64,000 nucleotides of DNA, taken from NCBI GenBank assembly GCA_963698015.1, contig OY969109.1:1882641-1946640 (forward strand), written 5' to 3'. The position numbers and the translations under genes were made by a program. The notes beneath the pieces are model-generated. The model saw nothing but the letters and a program-made list of their open reading frames with translations, was not told where the DNA came from and searched no databases. Of the stretch, positions 20,620 to 28,332 are shown one piece after another. Source of the stretch: an uncultured Actinomycetes bacterium. GTDB taxonomy: Bacteria > Actinomycetota > Thermoleophilia > Gaiellales > Gaiellaceae. Positions within the stretch are counted from its first letter, which is position 1. Each line of letters starts with the position of its first letter.

Positions 20620-21081
20620 ATGCGCAAAACCCCGACACGTGTTCTCGTGGCTGCCACCGCACTCCTCGTGGTAGCGGCCTCGGTGCTCGCGGTCACCGCT
20701 TCCGCTCAGTCGGGAGCGGCCAACCATCGAGCCCGACCGTTCCATTTGACGAAGACGTGCCCCCCCTCGCAGTACCAGGGCCAGATCGGGGGCTACTGCA
20801 CGGTCACATCCTCGAACGTCGCGGCGATCGCGGTCGGCACCAAGATCTTTTATGCCCAGGCCGCTGGTCCGACCTCGCTGGACAGCGACGTCATCCTCTA
20901 CGTCGGGCCCGGCAATACCGCGACCGGTCATTGCGCACTCGATTTTGCGACCGGCCTCGGGCGGTGCACGCTGTCGGGCGGAACCAGGAGGCTCGACGGC
21001 ATCCATGCTCGTGTCGACGTCTCGTACCTCGGCGGGTACGACTGGGCCTGGGACGGGACGTACCGGTTCAGCGACGACTAG
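20620..21081 (+). CDS. Secreted hypothetical protein
   Basis: ATG 20620 follows GAAGGAAGGAG. The signal peptide is MRKTPTRVLVAATALLVVAASVLAVTASAQS. The mature part is Cys-containing and matches no family I recognise. Confidence 0.6.
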   Translation: MRKTPTRVLVAATALLVVAASVLAVTASAQSGAANHRARPFHLTKTCPPSQYQGQIGGYCTVTSSNVAAIAVGTKIFYAQAAGPTSLDSDVILYVGPGNTATGHCALDFATGLGRCTLSGGTRRLDGIHARVDVSYLGGYDWAWDGTYRFSDD

Positions 21082-21323
21082 GACGCGCTCCCGCCTCCCT
21101 GGCTCGCCGGCCGGCCGGGGAGGCGGGCTCGCTCAGTGGAAGAGCGCGATCCAAGGCGAAATTCGAGCGACGCTTCGGATGGCTCATAACCTCGGTTTCC
21201 TGACGCGTCGCTGAGCGCCTGTATGCGAGCGGAACAGTGCTTCGGCGCACGGGCCGCTCGCAAGAGAGGGTCCGCGGGCGGGGCAGCCGTGCTGTTTGGG
21301 CGTGGCTACACTGAGCCCTTCGC

Positions 21324-21396
<73 letters not shown>

Positions 21397-21610
21397 TCAC
21401 CTCGTTGGTCGGCTGCTGCCATCACGTCCGGCGAACCAGACCACACCGGGACCATAGGGAGCGCGTTAGGGCTTTTTCCACAGATTGCCCTGGGGTGGTT
21501 GGTACACCCGTGCGTTCCTCAGCAGAGCGGAGAGGCCGTAAACGGGTTGTGCTTTTCGTAGCGAAGTCGTACGCTGGATCACATAATCGGTCTGCGGCAG
21601 GAGGTTCGGC

Positions 21611-22630
21611 ATGACCGAAGTCTCTGCGCCGCGTACCGCCTCCGCTGCGAAGCCGTCGCTCTCATTCGAGGAGCTGGTGGTGGCACACTGGCATTGGCAG
21701 CGATCCGACGATCTCGCCGACGAACCCGCGTATCGGGCGAAGCTCGCAGCCTTCGAGGACGAGTTCGGCGAGATCATCGATTCCTACTGGTGCGCGAGCG
21801 TCCCTTCGGCGGTCGCGCTGACGGAGAAACCGCACCGCCCGATCTCCCAGGATGCCTTCGGCTTTCACCGGGTTAGTGACTGGGCGACGAAGGACGAACC
21901 AGCGATCGCGGAGCTTCTGCACAAGTGCGACGCACTCACGATCAAGATCGCTCGCATCCTGCGCGGGCCAACTCGCGAGATTGCCATGCGGCTCGTCGTG
22001 TCGTCGTCCACTCACGTGCTCGCGCTGGTCGATCGCCCAGCGGAACACCGCAGTACCCAAGACAAGCAGCGTGCTCTCGAATACGAGGGCAAGCGGCTTG
22101 AGCAGGCGGAGAGCTACTACGAGGAAGTCGGACAGCGCCAGGCGCAGTTGACCTACGTGATCGGCATGTTCGCAGTCACGCTCGTGTTTGCTGTGGGCGC
22201 CATCGCAGTCTGGGCGACGAACGGCAGCAGCTTCACTCATGATCGGAACGTGCTCGCGCTCGCGATGGGCGCAGCTGGCGCGCTGCTCAGCGTGATGAAC
22301 CGAATGAGCAATCCGAAGCAGGGTTTCGTACTCGACTACGAGCTTGGAAAAGTCCCGCTCCTCGTCCTCGGCGCGTTCCGGCCGATACTCGGTGCCGCTT
22401 TCGGTTTGACGGTGTATGCGGCGATCGCGAGCGGGCTCGTGAACCTGGTTCTCACGGGCAGTCCCAAGGGGGACACGTACTTCTACGCACTCCTGTCATT
22501 CGCAGCCGGTTGGAGCGAGCGGCTGGCCAAGGACATCCTCGACAGCGCCGAGCTGACTGTGGGTGACGCCATCAAAGCGAAGGAAACAACGGCACAGGAG
22601 CGCGCCTCCGGCCAAGGCGCGCCAGTGTGA
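21611..22630 (+). CDS. Hypothetical 4-TM membrane protein with cytoplasmic N-domain; paralogue of 41942-43090
   Basis: 339 aa. Motifs shared with the paralogue are YWC..SAVA(L/I)TEK, DWAT(K/R)D, IAM, ESYY, AMGAxGAxxSVMxRM, GFxxDYExG, FRPIxGAxFGxxVYxAxxSGxV and YFYAxxxFxAGxSER. Confidence 0.7.
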   Translation: MTEVSAPRTASAAKPSLSFEELVVAHWHWQRSDDLADEPAYRAKLAAFEDEFGEIIDSYWCASVPSAVALTEKPHRPISQDAFGFHRVSDWATKDEPAIAELLHKCDALTIKIARILRGPTREIAMRLVVSSSTHVLALVDRPAEHRSTQDKQRALEYEGKRLEQAESYYEEVGQRQAQLTYVIGMFAVTLVFAVGAIAVWATNGSSFTHDRNVLALAMGAAGALLSVMNRMSNPKQGFVLDYELGKVPLLVLGAFRPILGAAFGLTVYAAIASGLVNLVLTGSPKGDTYFYALLSFAAGWSERLAKDILDSAELTVGDAIKAKETTAQERASGQGAPV

Positions 22631-22704
22631 CGACCGCGGTCCGCGGACGCGCCTCGCGGCACGAGGGCAACCGGTGTTCAGGGACGAAGCCTTCCAGGAG
22701 GACG

Positions 22705-23229
22705 TCACGCCAGGGCGCGCGCGACGATCTCTTCGACCACTTCGGTCTTGGCGTCCGCGTAGTCCTGGACGTAGGCCCACTCACGGGCGGCCAGCTCGCG
22801 CTTCGTGCGCTCGTACAGCTCGCGGTCGGCCGCGTCCGCGCGCAGGTGGTCCCGGAACGCGAGCATCCGGTCGATCTCCGGGCAGCCCTCCGTGAAGACG
22901 TGGAGGTTGACGTTCGGGTCGGCCTTCTTGAGCACGCGATGCTCGTACCAGTCGGGCTCGCGGATGCGCAGGGCGTAGCCCACCGCCTCGAGGGCCGGCA
23001 CGTACGCGTCCTCGTCCGACGAGTCGGGCACGGCCAGCACGATGTCGATGATCGGCTTCGCGACGAGGCCGGGCACGGACGTCGAGCCCGCGTGCTCGAC
23101 CAGCAGCGCCCGCACGCCGAGCGCCGTACGAATCCGCCGCGCCTCGCGCTCGAACCGCACGGGCCAGGCGTCGTCGTAGTCCACGAGCACGATCGGGCCG
23201 TCGTGGCGCGGCCGCTCGCCGATCGTCAC
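22705..23229 (-). CDS. GrpB-family (UPF0157) nucleotidyltransferase-fold protein
   Basis: VLVDYDDAWPVRFEREARRI, VEHAGSTSVPGLVAKPIIDI and NLHVF match the GrpB pattern. Confidence 0.8.
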   Translation of the reverse strand: MTIGERPRHDGPIVLVDYDDAWPVRFEREARRIRTALGVRALLVEHAGSTSVPGLVAKPIIDIVLAVPDSSDEDAYVPALEAVGYALRIREPDWYEHRVLKKADPNVNLHVFTEGCPEIDRMLAFRDHLRADAADRELYERTKRELAAREWAYVQDYADAKTEVVEEIVARALA

Positions 23230-23750
23230 AGCGGCCAGGTCGCTCTCACCGGCTCGTATTCACCCGCCCAGTCGCTGTACGCCACGCGCGGCGTGTCCGT
23301 CTCCTGCGGCGTGGAGGCGCCGAAGCGCCCGGCGACCTCGCTGACCGGATAGTGGAGCTCCTTGCCCTCACCGCGCAGTCCGGCCATCAGGATCGCGCAC
23401 GGCCCGTCGCCGGCGCCGACGATGATGTGGTGCGTCCCCGGCGCGCAGTGGAAGAAGTCCCACGCCTGCAGGCGCCTCTCCTCGTCCTCGACGATCAGGA
23501 TGCACTCGCCGGAGAGGACGAGGAAGTCCTCCTGGAGGCTCTCGGAGTGGTACTTGCCGTTCGGTTGGCCGGGTTGCAGCACGTGGACGCCGATCCCGTA
23601 TCCGTCGAAGCCTTCCGGCGGCTCGAAGTCGGACCACTGGCCGCCTTCGCTCCGCATCCAGCGGGCGTCCGCGAGGTTGAGCACGAACCAGCCGGGTGTA
23701 CCGGCGAATGCGCCCTGCTCGGCCTGCTCGATCCTCGCCTCTTCGGTCAC
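23226..23750 (-). CDS. Cupin-domain protein
   Basis: GVHVLQPGQPNGKYHSESLQEDFLVLSGECILIVEDEE...HCAPGTHHIIVG matches the two cupin motifs. A 4-nt stop/start overlap joins it to the GrpB gene. Confidence 0.7.
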   Translation of the reverse strand: MTEEARIEQAEQGAFAGTPGWFVLNLADARWMRSEGGQWSDFEPPEGFDGYGIGVHVLQPGQPNGKYHSESLQEDFLVLSGECILIVEDEERRLQAWDFFHCAPGTHHIIVGAGDGPCAILMAGLRGEGKELHYPVSEVAGRFGASTPQETDTPRVAYSDWAGEYEPVRATWPL

Positions 23751-23821
23751 CCCGAGACCTTAATCCGTTGACGCCGGAGCGCAGGCCGGAGTACCCTCGC
23801 GCGGTCGAGGGAGGAGCACCG

Positions 23822-25084
23822 GTGGCGATCACAGACGACGTCACTGCGGCGAACGAGCGCGCGGACCGCGGCCCGGGCTACGGGTTGCCGCCGCCGGACA
23901 CGGGGAGCGCTGTCCTCGATGCGATCGCACGCCTTTTTCTCTTCGCGATCCATGCCGAGCGTCGGGTCGACCCCTTCTTCCGGCCGGCGCTCGACGCGGT
24001 CCTGCGCGAGCCGCTGTCGAGGCTGACGACCGCGCTCATCAACCTGCGGCGAAAGGACGATGGCCTCGGTCTCGCGGAGGAGAGGCTCCAGCCGAGCGAG
24101 GAGGCTCATGTCGACGAGATCATCGCGGCCTTCACCGCGCAGATGAACCGGCTCTGGCGGCCGGGCTACTTCGAGCGCGGAGGGAACACGAAGACTCACG
24201 GCATCGTGCGCGCCGAGTTCGTCGTCCGGGACGACGTCCCCGAGCACATGCGGCGCGGGATCTTCGCGGAGCCCCGGACGTATCCCGCCTGGGTGCGGTT
24301 CTCCGGGCCGGGGCCGTACGTATCGGCAGACATCGACGACGTCGGCTTCATGAGCATGACGATCAAGGTGATGGGCGTCCCAGGCCCGAAGCTGCTCGAC
24401 GACGAGCAACATACGCAGGACTTCCTGGGCGTCTCGACGCCGACGTTCGTGACGCCGAATACCCGGGCGAACGTGCGGCTCCAGTACTGGAGCTACCGGA
24501 ATGCTCCGATGTTCTACTTCGTCGACCCTCGGGACTCGCACTTCCTCGACTCGATCATGCAGCTGCTCTGGACGAAGACGCAGACGAGCCCGCTCGAGGG
24601 CGACTACTTCGGGTGTGTCCCGTACCTGCTCGGCGAGGGCCAGGCGATGCAGTACGCGTTCCTGACCAGGCGCAAGAAGCGGAGCCGCGTGCCACGGCTA
24701 CCTCGGCGTCCTCCCGACAACTATCTCCGCGAGGCCATGGCGGCGACCCTCTCCGAGGAGGACGTCGAGTTCGACATCGTGCTCCAGATGCAGACCGACC
24801 CGCACAAGATGCCGATCGAGAACAACGCCGTGCTGTGGCCGACGAACCTATCGCCGCGCGTGCCGGCCGCCGTCGTGCGCATCCCGACGCAGACCTTCGA
24901 CTCGCCCGGGCAGCTCGAGTTCGCGCGGGTGCTGACGTACAACCCCTGGCACTGCATCGCCGAGCATCGGCCGCTCGGCAACCAGAGCCGCGCCCGGAAG
25001 CGGATGTACTACGAGCTCGCGCGCCTGCGTCAGCGGATGAACCAGGTCGAGCACTACGAGCCGACCGGCGACGAGACCTTCTAG
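23822..25084 (+). CDS. Catalase-related haem protein (mini-catalase / allene-oxide-synthase-like family)
   Basis: GTG 23822 follows GGAGGAG. GGNTKTHGIVRAEFVV gives the distal His context. YPAWVRFSGPGPY..ADIDDVGFMSMTIKV matches the catalase core. RKRMYYELARLRQ gives the proximal Tyr/Arg context. Confidence 0.6.
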   Translation: MAITDDVTAANERADRGPGYGLPPPDTGSAVLDAIARLFLFAIHAERRVDPFFRPALDAVLREPLSRLTTALINLRRKDDGLGLAEERLQPSEEAHVDEIIAAFTAQMNRLWRPGYFERGGNTKTHGIVRAEFVVRDDVPEHMRRGIFAEPRTYPAWVRFSGPGPYVSADIDDVGFMSMTIKVMGVPGPKLLDDEQHTQDFLGVSTPTFVTPNTRANVRLQYWSYRNAPMFYFVDPRDSHFLDSIMQLLWTKTQTSPLEGDYFGCVPYLLGEGQAMQYAFLTRRKKRSRVPRLPRRPPDNYLREAMAATLSEEDVEFDIVLQMQTDPHKMPIENNAVLWPTNLSPRVPAAVVRIPTQTFDSPGQLEFARVLTYNPWHCIAEHRPLGNQSRARKRMYYELARLRQRMNQVEHYEPTGDETF

Positions 25085-25202
25085 GGGTCGGACCCCTTTA
25101 CAAGGTGTTCGCCTCGGCGGGCGGATTTTGCGGAGGTCCTGTTCTGGTTGCGCGCCTTCGGTCGCAGTGTCGGCACACTTTTGGAGCGGGGTCTGACCCC
25201 GT

Positions 25203-26537
25203 TCAGGGGGACGCGAGGCGGCGAAGGGCTTTCAGGCCCGGCAGGAAGAAGTAGGCGCCGCCTTTGACCGAGATGAACCGCGGGACGCCCGAGACGCGCG
25301 TCCTCAGGCTCTCGGACTGCACGGTGAACGTTCCGCCGAACGGCTTCGACTGGCCCACGAGCGGGTCGGAGTCGTCGTAGAGCCCGGCGAACTTCGGGTT
25401 GTTCAGCCACGTGCTCTGGACGAACTCGAACTGCCGCGTGATGTTCGCGTTCAGGCAGATGAAGTGGAGGCCCCGCTCCTCCTCGTCGCCCCCGCCGATG
25501 AGCGCCTTCTCGGCCGGCAGCGCCTGGCCGTACTCGCGCCCGCGACGCAGGAGGCGGTGGCGCCGGTTGATCGCGAGCGACTTGTCCGAGCCGGGCCGCG
25601 GGTCGAGCGAGTCACGCGGGTTCGTTCGCCGAACGTGAGCGCCGATCGGACAACGCGCGCCCTCGCGATCCTCGTCGAAGTAGCCGAAGTCGTTCGCCTC
25701 GGCCAGGGCGGGATCGTCGACGGCCGGCGAGAGCGCCAGCGGCGCGCCTCCGGGCCAGCGGCCGACCATCTTCGCCGCCAGACGCACGCGCGCCTCCTCT
25801 CCGGACGCGACCCCGTCGAGGAACTGCCAGAACCCGTGCACGTCCTGCCGGAGCTGGCGCAGGACGAGATATGTCCCGTTGAGGCCGATCGGCTCTGCGC
25901 CCTCGAGGAGCGGCTGGTCGGTGTAGTGCCCGTGCTCGTTCACGTACCCGAGGACGAACTCGCCCGTGCGCACCGTCTGTCCTGCCGGGCCTGTCTTCGA
26001 GAGCCCTTCGACGAACGGCTGCGAGATGCCGTCGCGGAACCCGAACGGCTCGAAGCCGTCCAGGTCGGACGTCTCGAGCCGATGCTCGATCCGCACGCCC
26101 GATCCGTCGAGCAGCCGGGTCTGCTCCTCGACCAAGCGTGCCAGCCCCGCGTCGTCCTGCGCGTAGAGGAGGAGCACTGCGTCGATCGGCGCAGTGGCCG
26201 GCCCGCCCCAGTCCCAGCGCTCCGGGGCGTCGTCGCCGACGTCGCCGAGGACTCGCCGGCGGTGCTCGGTCGTCATCCCGTGAACGAACGCGTTCGAGAA
26301 CTGCAGCAACACGTCCGGCGCGAGCCCGAGGCGCTCAAGCCCGCGGGCGGTGAATGCGATGTTGACCGCCCGCTCCTCCGGCCGCTCGTCCCCGGCCGTG
26401 ACGGTCTCCAGGACCGATGCGAGCCAGCGCCCGCCGGGGGCTCCGTCCTCAAGGCCGAGAAGCAGGAACGACGCGGCCTTCAGCGACCCGTAACCCCGGG
26501 CGACGAGCCCCTGGACGTCCGCCAGCTCGAGCGTCAC
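25203..26537 (-). CDS. DyP-type haem peroxidase
   Basis: The GTG start overlaps the upstream stop (GTGA at 26534-26537). FGFRDGISQP is the GxxDG motif and CPIGAHVRRTNPRD carries the proximal His. 444 aa. Confidence 0.88.
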   Translation of the reverse strand: MTLELADVQGLVARGYGSLKAASFLLLGLEDGAPGGRWLASVLETVTAGDERPEERAVNIAFTARGLERLGLAPDVLLQFSNAFVHGMTTEHRRRVLGDVGDDAPERWDWGGPATAPIDAVLLLYAQDDAGLARLVEEQTRLLDGSGVRIEHRLETSDLDGFEPFGFRDGISQPFVEGLSKTGPAGQTVRTGEFVLGYVNEHGHYTDQPLLEGAEPIGLNGTYLVLRQLRQDVHGFWQFLDGVASGEEARVRLAAKMVGRWPGGAPLALSPAVDDPALAEANDFGYFDEDREGARCPIGAHVRRTNPRDSLDPRPGSDKSLAINRRHRLLRRGREYGQALPAEKALIGGGDEEERGLHFICLNANITRQFEFVQSTWLNNPKFAGLYDDSDPLVGQSKPFGGTFTVQSESLRTRVSGVPRFISVKGGAYFFLPGLKALRRLASP

Positions 26538-27787
26538 AGCAGCTGCAGCCAGCGCCCGGCCTCCTCTCCGCTCAACTCGCCATGGAGACCCGCTCGGAGC
26601 CGCTCGTTCCCGGCGACGTTCGCCGCGCTGAGCCGGCCGTACGCCGAATACCAGACATGCGTCGGCACCTGGTGCCGGCGCAGGTAGTCCTTGAACGCGA
26701 GCTCGTCGCGTGAGCCGTCGAGGACGAGCCAGCGCGTCGTCGGGTAGCCGAAGCCGTTGCTGAAGACGATGTTCAACCCCCACGAGATCTGGTCGATGAA
26801 GTCGTCCATGTAGCTCTCGAGGCTGCCGTCGTAGTTGCTGGCGAAGAAGACGCGCCGCCCCTCGTCGAGGAAGACCCAACGCGCGAAGTGAATCGTCTTG
26901 ACCCCGGCCAGGCTGCCGCGGTTGAAGACGTGGCGGGCCGCGAACGCGATGCCGTTCAGGACGCTGATGATCGTGAGCCGCCTGAAGAGGCCCGGCTTGA
27001 CGAACCCGATCGCGGTGAACGGGTTCTGGACGACGTGGTCCTCGAGCGCCGCCAGTCGCTGGACGGTCTCTTCGTCCGGCTTCAGGCGCTCCATCCGGTC
27101 GGCCCGTTCGTGGCGCCGGAGCAGGAAGGCGTACACGGGCGCGCCCACGAGGAAGAGCGGCGTCAGCAGGAGCAGCCCGAGCGGGATCAGCACGAACTGA
27201 GCCTTCTCCCGAACACGCCATCCGAGCGGTGGGGCCGGTTCCGCTTCGCGCGCCCACCTGAGCGACGGCTCGCTCTCGACGAAGCGCACGATCTCGGCGC
27301 GGATCGCTGCGGGGTCGACCCCCTCGAGGTATGCGCCCCGCTCGTCCAGGAAGCGCTCGAGCGCATCGCGCAACTCGGCTTCGCGACGAATCTGCCGGAC
27401 GCCACGCCCGGGCCTGTTCACGTACCGCGCCTGCTCCTTGGCCACGTGCCTGCGCAGGAAGCCGACCCGGTCGTCCTCGGAATAGCCCTCGCACGAGCCG
27501 AAGACCGCGTCGAGCCCGTCCGCGGCCGAGAGCTCCGCAAGGTGCCGCTCCGGCTCGACGTCGAAGTCGCTCAGGTAGACGAGCGTCGCGGGCAAGGGCC
27601 GGCCGTCCAGGTCGACGGTCTCCTCGAGCAGGAAGAGCCGCGCGAAGTGCACGTCCGTGAGCGCGCCGAGATCGAGCACGGAACCGTTCGCGACCCCGTC
27701 GCCCATCGACGCGAGCAGGTCTCGCAGGCCCGCCGTCTCGCCCGGTCGAACGTGTGCGGCGATCGTCAGTGCCGACTGGCGGGTCAA
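26534..27787 (-). CDS. Conserved hypothetical protein with duplicated HFAR(L/W) motif and a central hydrophobic segment
   Basis: 417 aa. The motifs are DVHFARLFLLEE and TIHFARWVFLDEGRRVFFASNYDGSLESYMDDFI. The hydrophobic stretch is FVLIPLGLLLLTPLFLVGAPVYAFLL. Both ends overlap their neighbours by 4 nt. Confidence 0.6.
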   Translation of the reverse strand: MTRQSALTIAAHVRPGETAGLRDLLASMGDGVANGSVLDLGALTDVHFARLFLLEETVDLDGRPLPATLVYLSDFDVEPERHLAELSAADGLDAVFGSCEGYSEDDRVGFLRRHVAKEQARYVNRPGRGVRQIRREAELRDALERFLDERGAYLEGVDPAAIRAEIVRFVESEPSLRWAREAEPAPPLGWRVREKAQFVLIPLGLLLLTPLFLVGAPVYAFLLRRHERADRMERLKPDEETVQRLAALEDHVVQNPFTAIGFVKPGLFRRLTIISVLNGIAFAARHVFNRGSLAGVKTIHFARWVFLDEGRRVFFASNYDGSLESYMDDFIDQISWGLNIVFSNGFGYPTTRWLVLDGSRDELAFKDYLRRHQVPTHVWYSAYGRLSAANVAGNERLRAGLHGELSGEEAGRWLQLL

Positions 27788-28224
27788 TCCGCCGGGAACT
27801 CGAGTGCGAAGTTCAGGATCCTCGCCCGCTCCCAGTAGACGATCCCGAGATAGGTCGCCGGCGCCACGAGGCGGATCTCGTCTCTGATCCAGTGCGCGAC
27901 GAGCGACGTCTTCGAGTAGTCGAGGACGATCGACTCCCTGTCGTCGAACCAGCTCGTCTGCTTGTAGACCTTCGCCCGCACCGCCTTGATCCCGAAGGGC
28001 AGGATCTCGTTGAGGAGCTCGCCCTTGGCCGGATCGAAGACCTTGCCCTTCCAGGCGAACAGGTGCAGGAGCTTGGCGGCCGGCCCTGCGAGCTCGGTCC
28101 CAGGCGCGACGAGCACGGTTCCTTCCGCCTCGCCGTTCGGAATCGGTCCGGCGTCGCTGGCCCGGAAGAGGTCGTCGAGCTCCTCCTGGGGCATCCGCAG
28201 CAGGTCGGGCACGGTTGGCGGCAT
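27784..28224 (-). CDS. Small soluble protein, possibly GXWXG/DUF4334-like
   Basis: 146 aa taken from ATG 28224 (the tail of track ORF 27784..30033). Contains HLFAWKGKVF and SIVLDYSKTSLVAHWIRDEIRLVAPATYLGIVYW. The family call is tentative. Confidence 0.45.
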   Translation of the reverse strand: MPPTVPDLLRMPQEELDDLFRASDAGPIPNGEAEGTVLVAPGTELAGPAAKLLHLFAWKGKVFDPAKGELLNEILPFGIKAVRAKVYKQTSWFDDRESIVLDYSKTSLVAHWIRDEIRLVAPATYLGIVYWERARILNFALEFPAD

Positions 28225-28261
28225 CTGCACCCCGGCGTTGCTTGGCGGCGAACCTAGCACG

Positions 28262-28291
28262 TTGACTCCGCCCGGAGAAGAGTGCTTACAT
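28262..28291 (+). promoter_or_regulatory. Candidate promoter of the haem-peroxidase gene in the divergent intergenic region
   Basis: TTGACT (28262-28267), an 18-nt spacer, then TTACAT (28286-28291), about 40 nt upstream of ATG 28333. Confidence 0.35.
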
Positions 28292-28332
28292 CGGGCCGAC
28301 GTCTGCGGCAACGGGCTCGAAAGGACTCTCGC

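Noticed and set aside
21397-21610. An integrative element or prophage at the tRNA-Ala 3' end.
   Set aside because: No integrase, excisionase or phage genes lie within reach, and I could not find a direct repeat of the tRNA 3' end downstream. I kept only the weaker observation that the flank has lower GC.
25203-27787. A DyP peroxidase acting as cargo of an encapsulin nanocompartment.
   Set aside because: Neither neighbour resembles an HK97-fold shell protein. The 417-aa neighbour has a long hydrophobic segment and HFARW motifs. The DyP C-terminus (…FFLPGLKALRRLASP) lacks the usual Gly/Ser-rich targeting peptide.
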